Assembly (NCBI GenBank): GCA_036676985.1
Contig: JAKFBU010000004.1
Span: 76,450-140,449, forward strand
Direction of reading: 5' to 3'
Source: Candidatus Sericytochromatia bacterium
GTDB lineage: Bacteria; Cyanobacteriota; Sericytochromatia; S15B-MN24; UBA4093
DNA length: 64,000 nucleotides
Part shown: in pieces, positions 54,715 through 64,000 of the stretch
Numbering within the stretch: position 1 is the first letter of the stretch
How the letters are laid out: each line of letters opens with the position of its first letter
Position numbers and translations under genes: made by a program
The notes under the pieces: generated by a model
Seen by the model: only the letters and a program-made list of their open reading frames with translations
The model's database searches: none
Told to the model about the DNA's origin: nothing

Positions 54715-56409
54715 ATGTCCGAGCTGAAGCCTTTCCAGCGCGTGCCTCGTCGAGCGAAGATCCTTCTTCCGCTGACGGCAGGCCTGGCCTTGAGCCTATC
54801 CCTGACGGGTTGTCCGGGCCTATCCAACTACATTCCGTCCGTTGGCGCCTCGACTCCGCCCAAGACCAACGTCGCCGTTGAAAAGCAGCGCATCACCGTG
54901 GCGCCGGCCACCGCCATGGCGCCGGTGGTGCTGACCCAGCCCGCTCTCCAGCAGGCGGCGGGCCTCCAACAGGCCGCCGGCCTCCAGCAAGCGGCCGGTC
55001 TCCAGCAGGCCGCGGGCTTCCGCATCCAGACCACCGGCAACCTCTACGCCGAGGCCCCCGTCGCGGGCGCCGAGGTCGAGGCCATCCCGACCACCGGCGG
55101 CAAGACCGTCAAGGGCGTGACCGGGGCGGACGGTCGGGTCCTGTTGGCCCTGGACGTCAACAAGGTCTACACCATCGTCGCCAAGTTCAAGGACGCCCTC
55201 GGTCGCGACCGGTCCTTCAAGTCGGTGGCCAAGGTCGCCAAGGACCAGAAGGCCGCGCCCCCGGTGCAGCCGCTCAACATGGCGACCACGCTCGTCACCG
55301 AGGCCATCACCAAGAGCCGCGGCGGCGACCTCAAGAACGTCGACGTCACCAAGGTCCAGGAGGCCGCCAAGGCCACCGAGAAGCTCATCGAGTCCAAGGC
55401 CGAGGCGCTCACGTCGGTCCTGCTCGGCACCGATACCAGCAAGCCCGAGGACGTCGAGAAGGCCCTCAAGACCCTCTCGGTGCTCCAGCAGTCCGACGAG
55501 ACCTTGAACGAAGAGCCCGACCTGCTGGATGTCCTGGGGGATGCCCAGGAGAGCAACGACCCGACCAACAGCGTCGAACCCGCCGGCGAGGCCGTCCACG
55601 TGGAGGTCCAGCCCGGCGAGTCCATCGACGAGATCAAGCGTCTCAAGGAGCTGGAGCTGGTCGAGGCCCCCCTCACCCCGCCCCCGCCTCCTCCGGTCGA
55701 GGCCCCCATCGAGAAGCCGCCCGTCACGGTCAAGAGCTTCACCTTCGCCGAGGGCCTGCCCACCAAGATCTATCTGCCGCGCGGCGAGTTCTCGGATCCG
55801 CTGTTCCCGTCGGCCGCCCTCCTGCGGGCCAAGACGGTGCTCACGGACGACACCACCATCGACGTGGCGAGCTGGTCCATCGCCTTCGGCGCCCAGGGCG
55901 GCAAGGTCACGGTCGTCGGCGGCCTCCTGCGCGTGGCGCCAGGTGCCGCCAGCGGCTCGGTCTCGGTTCGGGCGCTGCCGATCGTCGGCGGCGGACAGTC
56001 TCGTGACTTGCTGGTCCAGATCCTGGACACGCCCCAGCGCATCCTCGAGTTCACCCGCCTCCTGATGCCGGAAGGCATCACCGAGCTCTACCGTCCCGCG
56101 GACGGGACGGTGCCCGGCGACAACAACGCCGGCAAGCCGACCTCGGCCAAGCTCGTCGCGGAGTTCAAGTGGAACGACAACACCGTCACCACCAGCGACA
56201 AGGTGCTCGCCTCCAACTTCGAATGGACCACCTCGACCCCGGAGCTGATCACGGTCGGCCCCGATGGCCTCGTGCGCGTCCTGCCGGGTGAGTCGGAGGG
56301 GACGGCGCTCGTCTCCGTGAAGTCGAAGACCGCGTTCCCGGTGCAGCTGAAGCAGGAGTTCGCGATCCCGATCAAGCGTTACTCCAAGACGTACGTCACC
56401 GTTGAGTAG
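54715..56409 (+). CDS. Lipoprotein with (LQQAAG)4 repeat and Ig-like (Big_2-like) domains
   Basis: Lipobox LTGC; WTTSTPELITVGPDGLV Big_2-like motif. Confidence 0.8.
   Translation: MSELKPFQRVPRRAKILLPLTAGLALSLSLTGCPGLSNYIPSVGASTPPKTNVAVEKQRITVAPATAMAPVVLTQPALQQAAGLQQAAGLQQAAGLQQAAGFRIQTTGNLYAEAPVAGAEVEAIPTTGGKTVKGVTGADGRVLLALDVNKVYTIVAKFKDALGRDRSFKSVAKVAKDQKAAPPVQPLNMATTLVTEAITKSRGGDLKNVDVTKVQEAAKATEKLIESKAEALTSVLLGTDTSKPEDVEKALKTLSVLQQSDETLNEEPDLLDVLGDAQESNDPTNSVEPAGEAVHVEVQPGESIDEIKRLKELELVEAPLTPPPPPPVEAPIEKPPVTVKSFTFAEGLPTKIYLPRGEFSDPLFPSAALLRAKTVLTDDTTIDVASWSIAFGAQGGKVTVVGGLLRVAPGAASGSVSVRALPIVGGGQSRDLLVQILDTPQRILEFTRLLMPEGITELYRPADGTVPGDNNAGKPTSAKLVAEFKWNDNTVTTSDKVLASNFEWTTSTPELITVGPDGLVRVLPGESEGTALVSVKSKTAFPVQLKQEFAIPIKRYSKTYVTVE
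54946..55017 (+). repeat. Four 18-bp in-frame tandem repeats (LQQAAG)
   Basis: CTC CAR CAR GCS GCS GGY x4 with synonymous variation. Confidence 0.9.
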
Positions 56410-56424
56410 AGCAGGAGATCACCA

Positions 56425-58308
56425 GTGAGATTGAAAGCGTATTTCCGCTGGGAGCTCGTCCTGGCCTTGAGCCTCGTCGGCTGTACCAGCGTCGTTCCTA
56501 ACCGGTTGGGTCTCCCGCAGCTCACCCAGGGCGGTACCTCCGATGCCACGAGCGCGATCGCCAAGAAGGGCTCGCTCTTCTTCCAGGTCCGCTGGCCCGA
56601 GCGTGGTGCCTACCGCGCCCAGGAGATTCCGACGGAGACCGAGACCATCGAGGTCCACGTCAAGGCGACGGACGGCACCCCGATCGACTCCAAGGTCATC
56701 CCGCGCCCGAGCGGTGCCAGCAGCGTCTCGGACGTGGCGTTCGAGCTGGACCCCACGCTCAAGGTCGTGGACATCTTCGTGCGCGGCCTGAACGCGGCCG
56801 GCCAGGAGGTGGCCTTCGGCAAGAAGCTCGGCGTGCTCATCCGCGACAACACGGCGACGGGCGTCACGGTCACGCTGAAGTCGGGCGACGCCACACAGAC
56901 CGAGCAGGAGCTGCAGCTCGAGCTCAACCGCAAGATCGCCCTCTTGCATGACGTCCGCAACTACTTCAATCGCTTCGACCACTTCAACCGGTTCCACGAG
57001 TCGGTGGAAGCCCGCGACGTGAAGGAAGCCATGGAGTCGATCCTCCAGAACGCGCCCTTCAAGCCCCAGGGGCCGCGCGACAACACGTACTACCCCACTC
57101 CGGATCCGAACTACTCGCCCCCCGCGGGCACCGAGGGTGGCGACCCCACGCGTACCGCCACGGGCTACGTCATCCGCTCGTTCGGAACGATCGGAACCCG
57201 CGTCACCGACGGAACGATCCGGCTCAGCAATCCCAACGATCCGAGCCAGTACATGGACATCCTGAACGGGGAGCTCAAGAAGCTCTACTGGACGGGCTAC
57301 GCCCTCACGCCGAGCTACTCGGACGCGGGTGGCGGTCGCCATACGGCGGGCGTCGCGATCGCCCCGTTCGGCGAAGGCGGCAACGGCTCGATGCTCGACC
57401 TGAACGTCGAGGTCACGGCGGGCACCTGGGTGGCCGAGCCTTCGCTCACCGTCACGCTGGACGGCAACGTCAACAACCAGCCCGGAACGGCCACGTTCAC
57501 CCTGCTGGGCGGCCTCAAGCCCGAAGAGCGTACGCTCAGCCAGGTGAAGGTCGCCGGCAGCCTCACGCCCAAGGGCAACGAGGCGGGCAAGGTTCATTCC
57601 TCTGTTCTCTTCGACACGTTCCGCGACGTGAGCGGCTCGCCGCTCTACCAGCTGTTCAAGATCTCGGCGCCGCGCACCGGTCCCATCGCCCCTGCCCCCT
57701 ATCCTGGCGGCTCGACGGGCACCTATCCCGGTGGCTCGACGGGGACGTACGCGGATAGCCCTGCAACGGGTGGTTCCGGCGGCAACTACGGCGACAGCTA
57801 CTTCTTGCTGCCCAGCTTCATGCCGACCAACGCCCGCTTCTTGGCGCACGTGCCTTCGGCACAGGCGACGACCGACGTGCGGGTGACCGACGACATGCTC
57901 GGCGTGCAGTCCCGCACCGAGCTGCGCCTCCGGGACAACGCGAACACCTTCAGCAACTTCCTGCTCGAGCTCGGCGTGACGACGCAGGTGGGCGCCATCG
58001 GCGGCCAGCCGGCCATCGTCTCGGGCGACTTCGGGTTCTCCCTGGTGGACCAGAAGGAGGCGCTGAAGCTCGAGGGCGTGGTCCACGGCGACATGGCCGC
58101 CCGGACGGTGACCGTCAAGGCGCGTTTCGTCGACGTTCCCTCGAACACCGTGCTGGGGAACCTGGACTGGACCTTCGAGCCCAACGGCGATCCCAACCAC
58201 CTCGCCTACTGGCCCGTGCTCCACTTGCAGGATGGGACCGAACACCGTCTGACGCCCGGCTTCTTCTCGGGCGAGACGACGGGTAACGTCCGCGTCGATG
58301 TGCGATAG
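56425..58308 (+). CDS. Lipoprotein, beta-rich
   Basis: Lipobox LVGC; AGGAG RBS before GTG. Confidence 0.8.
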   Translation: MRLKAYFRWELVLALSLVGCTSVVPNRLGLPQLTQGGTSDATSAIAKKGSLFFQVRWPERGAYRAQEIPTETETIEVHVKATDGTPIDSKVIPRPSGASSVSDVAFELDPTLKVVDIFVRGLNAAGQEVAFGKKLGVLIRDNTATGVTVTLKSGDATQTEQELQLELNRKIALLHDVRNYFNRFDHFNRFHESVEARDVKEAMESILQNAPFKPQGPRDNTYYPTPDPNYSPPAGTEGGDPTRTATGYVIRSFGTIGTRVTDGTIRLSNPNDPSQYMDILNGELKKLYWTGYALTPSYSDAGGGRHTAGVAIAPFGEGGNGSMLDLNVEVTAGTWVAEPSLTVTLDGNVNNQPGTATFTLLGGLKPEERTLSQVKVAGSLTPKGNEAGKVHSSVLFDTFRDVSGSPLYQLFKISAPRTGPIAPAPYPGGSTGTYPGGSTGTYADSPATGGSGGNYGDSYFLLPSFMPTNARFLAHVPSAQATTDVRVTDDMLGVQSRTELRLRDNANTFSNFLLELGVTTQVGAIGGQPAIVSGDFGFSLVDQKEALKLEGVVHGDMAARTVTVKARFVDVPSNTVLGNLDWTFEPNGDPNHLAYWPVLHLQDGTEHRLTPGFFSGETTGNVRVDVR

Positions 58309-58317
58309 GTGATAGCG

Positions 58318-59760
58318 ATGAAGAATAACGCTGTGAATAAGTTCGTCGCGCTGGCTGCCTCGGTGGCGATCGCAGGGTGCGTTGCCCCCGGGTCCCTCAC
58401 CAAGGTCGACACCGCGAGCAAGGGGGCCGTGGCCTCCACCCAGGCCGCCCAGAACCAGGGCACGCTGCAACTGAACGTCCACTGGCCCAAGCGGTCGGGT
58501 TACGCGACCCAGGACATCCCGAACCGCGCCGAGAAGGTGGTCGTCACCCTCACGGGCAGCGACGGGACCGAGATCCGCCGGGCCGAGGCCGGGCGTAACA
58601 CCTACGGCTACATCGACGCCTACTCCAGCAACTTCAGCTGGACCCTGCCGCAGCAGGAAGGCGTCACGGTGAAGGCGGAGCTCTTCGACGCGACCAACAA
58701 CAAGATCGGCGCGGCTTCGCGGCAGATCGACGTGGTCGCGGGCCTGAATGCCTACATCGGGCTCGACATCGTGATCGACAACGCCCCGAAGATCACCTCG
58801 ATCGACAAGACCACCTTCCGGATCGACGACCGGATCGTCATCCAGGGCTCGGGCTTCGGCAAGTCCGAGGGGTACAACGCGCAGGTCTACCTCGAGTCCG
58901 AGGGCGTCTTCTCGAACTATGGCTCGCCGTTCCCCTACCATTACAACTACCAGGTGTTCCTGCCCAGTTCGGCGGCCACCGTCTCGAACGATGCGATCAC
59001 CGTGCAGATCCCCGACAACGTGGACTACTACGGGCGCCTCACGGACCGCCTGTGGAACTACTTCCACGGGGACGACACCCAGAAGCTGTACCTGGGCGTC
59101 GTCGTGGACGGCGTGAACTCCAACCGCTTCGAGGTCTCGATGCCCAAGGTGGCTTCGGTGTCGGCGACCGTGCGTCTCGAGCAGGGCAAGGACGCCCCGG
59201 TGCACACCCCCGTCGCGCTGACGGTCGTGGACCTGGCCTCGGGCTCCTTCGAGGTGCCGGTCGCGTCCGGGACCCAGTGGACCTTCCGTAAGACGGAGGA
59301 GTCGGGCTACGAGTATGGCGGGAAGTACACCCAGAACGTCAGTGTCCGGCTCGTGAACGATTTGGGCCGTGCCCAGTTCCAGTACGAGAGCTACGGCTCG
59401 TCGTGGGAGCAGGACGTGCTGCCTAGCATGGACAACACCCCGTACGAGCCGGATCTTGGCTTCGTCCTGCGTCTCAAGTCGATGGGGCAGCCCCAGAACC
59501 TGGGCCAAGAGGAGGTCATGATGCCGGACGGCTATCAGCGTCTGGCAACCCACCTCTTCTATAACCTGCCTGCGTACGACAACGGAGGCTGGCGACAGGA
59601 TTCCACCCGCTCGCGGGATCTCTGGATCGTGCCCCGAGTGGGCGTGGTCCGGATGGTCGAGACCCAGCTGGTCAAGTACGAATGGGATCAGACCATACGG
59701 CGCGAGGTTAGGACCTACGAACTGACCGGCTTCCAGCCGGGCGTATCGTCGGCGCAGTAG
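58318..59760 (+). CDS. Lipoprotein with IPT/TIG-like domain
   Basis: Lipobox IAGC; PKITSI...IVIQGSGFG. Confidence 0.8.
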   Translation: MKNNAVNKFVALAASVAIAGCVAPGSLTKVDTASKGAVASTQAAQNQGTLQLNVHWPKRSGYATQDIPNRAEKVVVTLTGSDGTEIRRAEAGRNTYGYIDAYSSNFSWTLPQQEGVTVKAELFDATNNKIGAASRQIDVVAGLNAYIGLDIVIDNAPKITSIDKTTFRIDDRIVIQGSGFGKSEGYNAQVYLESEGVFSNYGSPFPYHYNYQVFLPSSAATVSNDAITVQIPDNVDYYGRLTDRLWNYFHGDDTQKLYLGVVVDGVNSNRFEVSMPKVASVSATVRLEQGKDAPVHTPVALTVVDLASGSFEVPVASGTQWTFRKTEESGYEYGGKYTQNVSVRLVNDLGRAQFQYESYGSSWEQDVLPSMDNTPYEPDLGFVLRLKSMGQPQNLGQEEVMMPDGYQRLATHLFYNLPAYDNGGWRQDSTRSRDLWIVPRVGVVRMVETQLVKYEWDQTIRREVRTYELTGFQPGVSSAQ

Positions 59761-59774
59761 GGAGAGTGAGGCCC

Positions 59775-60710
59775 ATGTTTAAGCAGTATCGACCCCTCTT
59801 GGCCGCGTCCCTCGCCCTCTCCTTGCTGGCGGTGGGCGGCTGCACGCTGCAGCCCGGCTCTTTCCTCGCCCTGGACAAGGCCGCAACCACCGCGGCCCAG
59901 GCCAAGTCCAGCCTCAAGGTCACCATCGAGCGTCCGGCCGAGCTGAGCACGCAGGCGGTCTCCAACCTGGCCATCGAGCTGAGGCTCGAGTTGCCCTACG
60001 CTCAGGATCCAGCGCACCGCTTGCAGAGCGTCAGCGTGCAGGATGGCCAGGAGGCCGTCTTCACGAACCTGCCGCCGGAATCCGGCTACTTGACCGCCAT
60101 CTTCACGGATGTCGAGACCAATCAGGCGGTCGGCACCCAGAAGCAGAACATCCAGCTGCGGCCGGGCTACGAGACGCATGCCACCTTCACCTTCGTGCTG
60201 GGTGGCTCGGCGGCGGTGGACGTCGGCGTCAAGATCGGGACCAACCGCAAGGACTACCGGCAGTGGCTCCAGAGCGACGGCTATGACAACGACTTCCAGC
60301 AGTCCTATCCCTACTACTGGGACAAGGAGTACTGGCTGCAAGCGGAGACGGGCACGGTGTCCGTGCGCTTCGACCAGGTCATGGACGAGGCATCCGATCG
60401 CTGGTTCCTGGCGCGCCGGATCGGCAACGAGGCTCCGGTGAGCCTCGGCGTTCCCAGCGATCGCTGGCAGGACTGGTGGTACGGCATCCCGGGTCACGCC
60501 GTTCGCGTGGAGTCCCTGGAGAGCTACAGCACCTCCTTCGGGACCTACCAGAAGGTGCGCCACTACCGGTGGACGAACCTCTTCACCGTCGACGGGAGCG
60601 AGCGATCGCTGACCATCGACCGGTGGTACAGCCCTGCCGAGGGCCTCGTCAAGGAGACGATCCACGACGGGTCCGGCTACGTCTCGGATATGGCGCTGAG
60701 CGGGGTGTAG
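59775..60710 (+). CDS. Lipoprotein
   Basis: Lipobox VGGC; C-terminal WYSPAEGLVKE. Confidence 0.78.
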   Translation: MFKQYRPLLAASLALSLLAVGGCTLQPGSFLALDKAATTAAQAKSSLKVTIERPAELSTQAVSNLAIELRLELPYAQDPAHRLQSVSVQDGQEAVFTNLPPESGYLTAIFTDVETNQAVGTQKQNIQLRPGYETHATFTFVLGGSAAVDVGVKIGTNRKDYRQWLQSDGYDNDFQQSYPYYWDKEYWLQAETGTVSVRFDQVMDEASDRWFLARRIGNEAPVSLGVPSDRWQDWWYGIPGHAVRVESLESYSTSFGTYQKVRHYRWTNLFTVDGSERSLTIDRWYSPAEGLVKETIHDGSGYVSDMALSGV

Positions 60711-60713
60711 GAA

Positions 60714-61856
60714 ATGATGAGCATGATCAAGAAGTTGAACCCCATCCACGCGGCCAGCCTGGCCTTCTTGCTGGCCACGGGCTGCGCCCAGCCGTCCGGC
60801 CTGCTGGTGAAGCCGGCGGGTCAGGTGGCCACTCAGGGCGCCACCCTGCACCTGAAGCTGGACCTCGGGCGCAGCACCCAGGCGCTCGTCAGCGATGTCC
60901 AGAGCATCGCCGTGACCGTCGAGGTCCCGGGCCGGGCGCCGGTCGACCAGACTTTCTCGCAGGCGCAGTGGACCAGCGACGCGCTGGACTTCTCGGGCCT
61001 GCCGAGCGGAAACGCGCAGGTCATCGTCCGGGCCTTCGGCGAGCAGGGCCAGCTTGGTGAGGGCAAGACCCTCGTCCCGCTGCTCATCGGTCGCCGCACC
61101 TATGCCGAGGTCCACGTCGGCCTCCGCAGCGAGGGCCGTTCGGACATTCTGCCCTTCGGGCCCCTGAAGCCCGCGACGGTCTCGGTCGAGCCGGGTGACG
61201 GCACGGGCGAGGCCACCGCGTCGCCCAGCCCGGAGCCGGTGCCGGGTCCGAAGCCCGGAGAGTTCTTCGTTCCGGGCCCCAACGTGACCAGCCGGACGTA
61301 CTACCAGTACGAGACGATCGAGGACCCGGATGGTGTCAAGAAGTGGTCGGATGCCACCATCGTCGAGCAGATCAGCCCGTCGGAAGGCGGTATCCACGTC
61401 GTGCGGTCGGCGGACCTGAACTTCGGCGAAGGCGGCACGGCTCATCATGACGGGACGGAGGACTATCGCGTCAACACGGACGGCTCCGTGTCGCTGACTA
61501 TGGAAAATCAGACGACCGGCGAGTACCGCTCGATGTTCTTTCCGGTCGGAGCCCTGACCCCGGAAGGCGTTGAGCTCGGTCCCGACGGCCGGATGTGGCT
61601 CGTGGGCACGGAGCCCCACTATGCCGCAGGCCAGGTCTTCGACTGCTTCGTGGTCCGCGAGACCCGCGGGCCGGCGGAGCGACTGAGCGAGACGACCTAC
61701 TACCTGGCCAAGGGTTACGGCATCGTCCGGGTCGACGGGACGCACTGGATCGATCGGGGCGATCGCTTTGACAAGCGCACCTTCTACATGGACCTGACCG
61801 CGTTCCAGATCAGCGGAACGGCCACCAACCCGTACGCCTGGCGAGTCGGGCGCTAA
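60714..61856 (+). CDS. Lipoprotein
   Basis: Lipobox ATGC; Pro linker; C-terminal YYLAKGYGIVR. Confidence 0.78.
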   Translation: MMSMIKKLNPIHAASLAFLLATGCAQPSGLLVKPAGQVATQGATLHLKLDLGRSTQALVSDVQSIAVTVEVPGRAPVDQTFSQAQWTSDALDFSGLPSGNAQVIVRAFGEQGQLGEGKTLVPLLIGRRTYAEVHVGLRSEGRSDILPFGPLKPATVSVEPGDGTGEATASPSPEPVPGPKPGEFFVPGPNVTSRTYYQYETIEDPDGVKKWSDATIVEQISPSEGGIHVVRSADLNFGEGGTAHHDGTEDYRVNTDGSVSLTMENQTTGEYRSMFFPVGALTPEGVELGPDGRMWLVGTEPHYAAGQVFDCFVVRETRGPAERLSETTYYLAKGYGIVRVDGTHWIDRGDRFDKRTFYMDLTAFQISGTATNPYAWRVGR

Positions 61857-61869
61857 ATCACACAAGCAA

Positions 61870-61904
61870 GAGGGCGGGCCACCGATCGGTGGCCCGCCCT
61901 TTTT
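61870..61904. terminator. Terminator ending the lipoprotein operon
   Basis: AGGGCGGGCCACC-gatc-GGTGGCCCGCCCT followed by TTTT. Confidence 0.8.
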
Positions 61905-61919
61905 CGTGAGCATCGGTCG

Positions 61920-62597
61920 TCAGGACGGGAGCTCCAGCCAGAGCGGGCGCTTGGTCAGCTCGATGGTCCCGCGTCCGGCGCTCCGGAGGTTGAAGTCGCC
62001 CTTGGAGAAGCCGACGCCGGGAGCGAACCACAGCGTCAACTGCTCGCCGTTCTGGGGATTCTGGTAGTAGACCTGGTAGCAGAACGGGAAGCGACCCGCC
62101 GGCACGTCGACGGTCTCGCGGCGCACCACCGTGGCGAAGCCGTCCTGCGCGGGCCAACTCTTGCCTGGTTGCATCTGGGTCGGAACGAAGGGCTTGTCGT
62201 CGTAGTGGAACATGCCGTCATGGAGCACCACCCGGTGGGGCTCCGCGGCGCTGAAGGGCGGGATGAGCCGCAGGTCCACGGTTTCTATTCCGTCCACCAC
62301 CTCCACCCGGTCGATGACGATGGCGAGGGTGCCCACGGGAACGCCCAGGATGCCGCCCAGGTAGTAGCGGAGGGCATAGTCGAAGCGATCGCCCGCCCGA
62401 AAGGGCAAGATCTCTCGCGGAGGGGCGACCGAGGGCTTGGGACTCGGAGTGGCCCCGGGGCCCGGTGTCGGCGTCGCCACTGTCAGCTTGCTGCCGTCCA
62501 CCTGGCTCAGGATAGCGGGCAGGTCGCCGACGGGCCCTTGCGGACAGCCCGCCAGGAGGGCCGTCAGCGGCAGAACGTAGGCGAGGGCTCGGCGCAT
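61920..62597 (-). CDS. Lipoprotein
   Basis: Lipobox LAGC; ETVDVPAGRF, LWFAPGVG; AAGGAG RBS. Confidence 0.8.
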   Translation of the reverse strand: MRRALAYVLPLTALLAGCPQGPVGDLPAILSQVDGSKLTVATPTPGPGATPSPKPSVAPPREILPFRAGDRFDYALRYYLGGILGVPVGTLAIVIDRVEVVDGIETVDLRLIPPFSAAEPHRVVLHDGMFHYDDKPFVPTQMQPGKSWPAQDGFATVVRRETVDVPAGRFPFCYQVYYQNPQNGEQLTLWFAPGVGFSKGDFNLRSAGRGTIELTKRPLWLELPS

Positions 62598-62696
62598 GGG
62601 ACTCCTTTCGGGCGCTCCTTGTCATGGTACCCCCGAACGACGGCCTTTATTCCGTTTCAGGGTGTGGGCGCCCGGCGGGGCGGGTAGAAAGCCAGC

Positions 62697-63617
62697 ATGC
62701 GCCGTTATGCGATCCCCATGGCCACTGTTCTGGTGCTCCTCACGGGGCTCCTGGGCTGCGAGCTGTCGCCGCCCCTGCAGCCCCTGGGGTCGACGGCCAC
62801 GCCCCGCCCGACCTCGTCGGCCACCCCCGTGGTGCCCACGCCCAGTCCGGCGCCGACGCCGACTCCCAGCCCCACGCCCGCCATCAAGGCCTTGCGCGGG
62901 TACGTGGTCGACCGCAGCGGTAACCGCCTCCCGGGCGCCAAGGTGGCGCTCGGCGCCTTCTCGGTGCTCTCGGCGGAGGCCTCCGCGAGTGCCACCGACG
63001 AAATGGGCCAGGCGGTCACGCTCGCGGCCGGGGAGTTCATCCTCCTGAACGTGCCCTCCGGCGAGCAGACGCTCACGCTCTCCTACGACGACGCCACCCA
63101 CTCGCTCCCGGTGAACGTCCAGCCCTCGGGCGTGACGCACGTCGATCCCATCACTCTGCTAGTCGACGGGGCGGTACCTACTGGCTCTAAGGCCGTCTTG
63201 GCGAGTGCTGACCTACCGCTCCTCAAGGTTCAGAAAGCCTCATCGAGTGCTCCTTTGGCCTTCATGCAGGAGACTGTAACGGTTGACTTTAAGGCTCCGC
63301 CCAACGGCGTAGGCGACCAGATCGGGGCCTACGCCTTCACTTACGTCCAGGGCGAGGCCTCCATGTCGGAGACTGTCACCTGGCCCGTGTCCAAGATCAA
63401 CGTGCCTGCGGCCCTGGGTAAGACCCGGTCGGGACCAATCATCTCGGGCGCGTTCCACATCCTCAACACGAGCGCCGCATTGCAGAGTGCCTGGACCTTC
63501 ACCAAGCCCGACGCGACGCTCAAAATCCAGTTCTTTAATGCTGAGGGGGGCCGACCGATCCAGGATCGAGACGGCAACCCTCTGGTGATCCGGATTCCCT
63601 GTTTACTCGTCTACTAG
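62697..63617 (+). CDS. Lipoprotein with Pro/Thr linker and carboxypeptidase-regulatory-like domain
   Basis: Lipobox LLGC; GYVVDRSGNRLPGAKV, GEFILLNVPSG. Confidence 0.78.
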   Translation: MRRYAIPMATVLVLLTGLLGCELSPPLQPLGSTATPRPTSSATPVVPTPSPAPTPTPSPTPAIKALRGYVVDRSGNRLPGAKVALGAFSVLSAEASASATDEMGQAVTLAAGEFILLNVPSGEQTLTLSYDDATHSLPVNVQPSGVTHVDPITLLVDGAVPTGSKAVLASADLPLLKVQKASSSAPLAFMQETVTVDFKAPPNGVGDQIGAYAFTYVQGEASMSETVTWPVSKINVPAALGKTRSGPIISGAFHILNTSAALQSAWTFTKPDATLKIQFFNAEGGRPIQDRDGNPLVIRIPCLLVY

Positions 63618-64000
63618 ATCACGCGCACGATCCCGCGTTCATGCGGGTGTCGCTTGCACTGATAGGGAAAGACGCCCATGTGGTCGAACCGATGCTCGTA
63701 GACCTTGCCCGGCTTCTTCCAGAGCGAGTCCCAGAGCCCCTTGGCGGTCGTCGTGTGCGAGATGCGGTCGTGGTTGACCCAGCGCACGACCGTCCCGCGC
63801 TTGATCAGGATCTGGGCCGGGGCGTAGCCTTTAGCGCCCATGCGCACGTTGAGCACCCCGCCCGCCAGGCGGCGGATCTTGGGGGAGGGGCGGGTGGCGA
63901 TCGCCGGGGCGATCCGGATGGCCGGCACCTCTTCGTAGAGGGGCAGGGGCACGGGCGTCGCCGGTGCCGGCCGCATGGAGACGGCGAAGGGATCCTGCAT
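63614..64000 (-). CDS. Cupredoxin/plastocyanin-like protein (possibly 5'-truncated)
   Basis: GTVVRWVNHD..SHT, GVFPYQCKRHP. Confidence 0.8.
   Translation of the reverse strand: MQDPFAVSMRPAPATPVPLPLYEEVPAIRIAPAIATRPSPKIRRLAGGVLNVRMGAKGYAPAQILIKRGTVVRWVNHDRISHTTTAKGLWDSLWKKPGKVYEHRFDHMGVFPYQCKRHPHERGIVRVI

Overview
GC-rich bacterial chromosomal window with no prophage, IS or CRISPR. The b+b' ATP synthase, the short SigA-type RpoD and the overall gene content suggest a non-photosynthetic relative of Cyanobacteria, e.g. Ca. Sericytochromatia (inference only). Housekeeping content: hydA, ligA, htrA, ftsH, xerD, an isolated flhB, a complete single atp operon, cpdB, ssb, dgt-dnaG-rpoD and gltP. Two accessory systems stand out. 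(1) A catabolic bacterial microcompartment locus (15.5-23.8 kb) of the sugar-phosphate (DeoC/RpiB) type. It has atypical parts: DeoC fused to an extra domain, RpiB with Asp at the catalytic Cys position, a PduS-like protein with degenerate flavin/NADH motifs, an embedded GNAT, and no PduL/AckA/Adh in the window. (2) An operon of five lipoproteins (54.7-61.9 kb) sharing a predicted N-terminal beta-sandwich with an x-x-[T/A/I]-Q loop, reminiscent of a donor-strand (type V pilus-like) fibre. Also seen: a 6S-like RNA candidate, a stand-alone 4x MshEN protein, a recurrent GGGTAT promoter-like motif, an orphan type IIG-derived methyltransferase and several REP-like palindromes.
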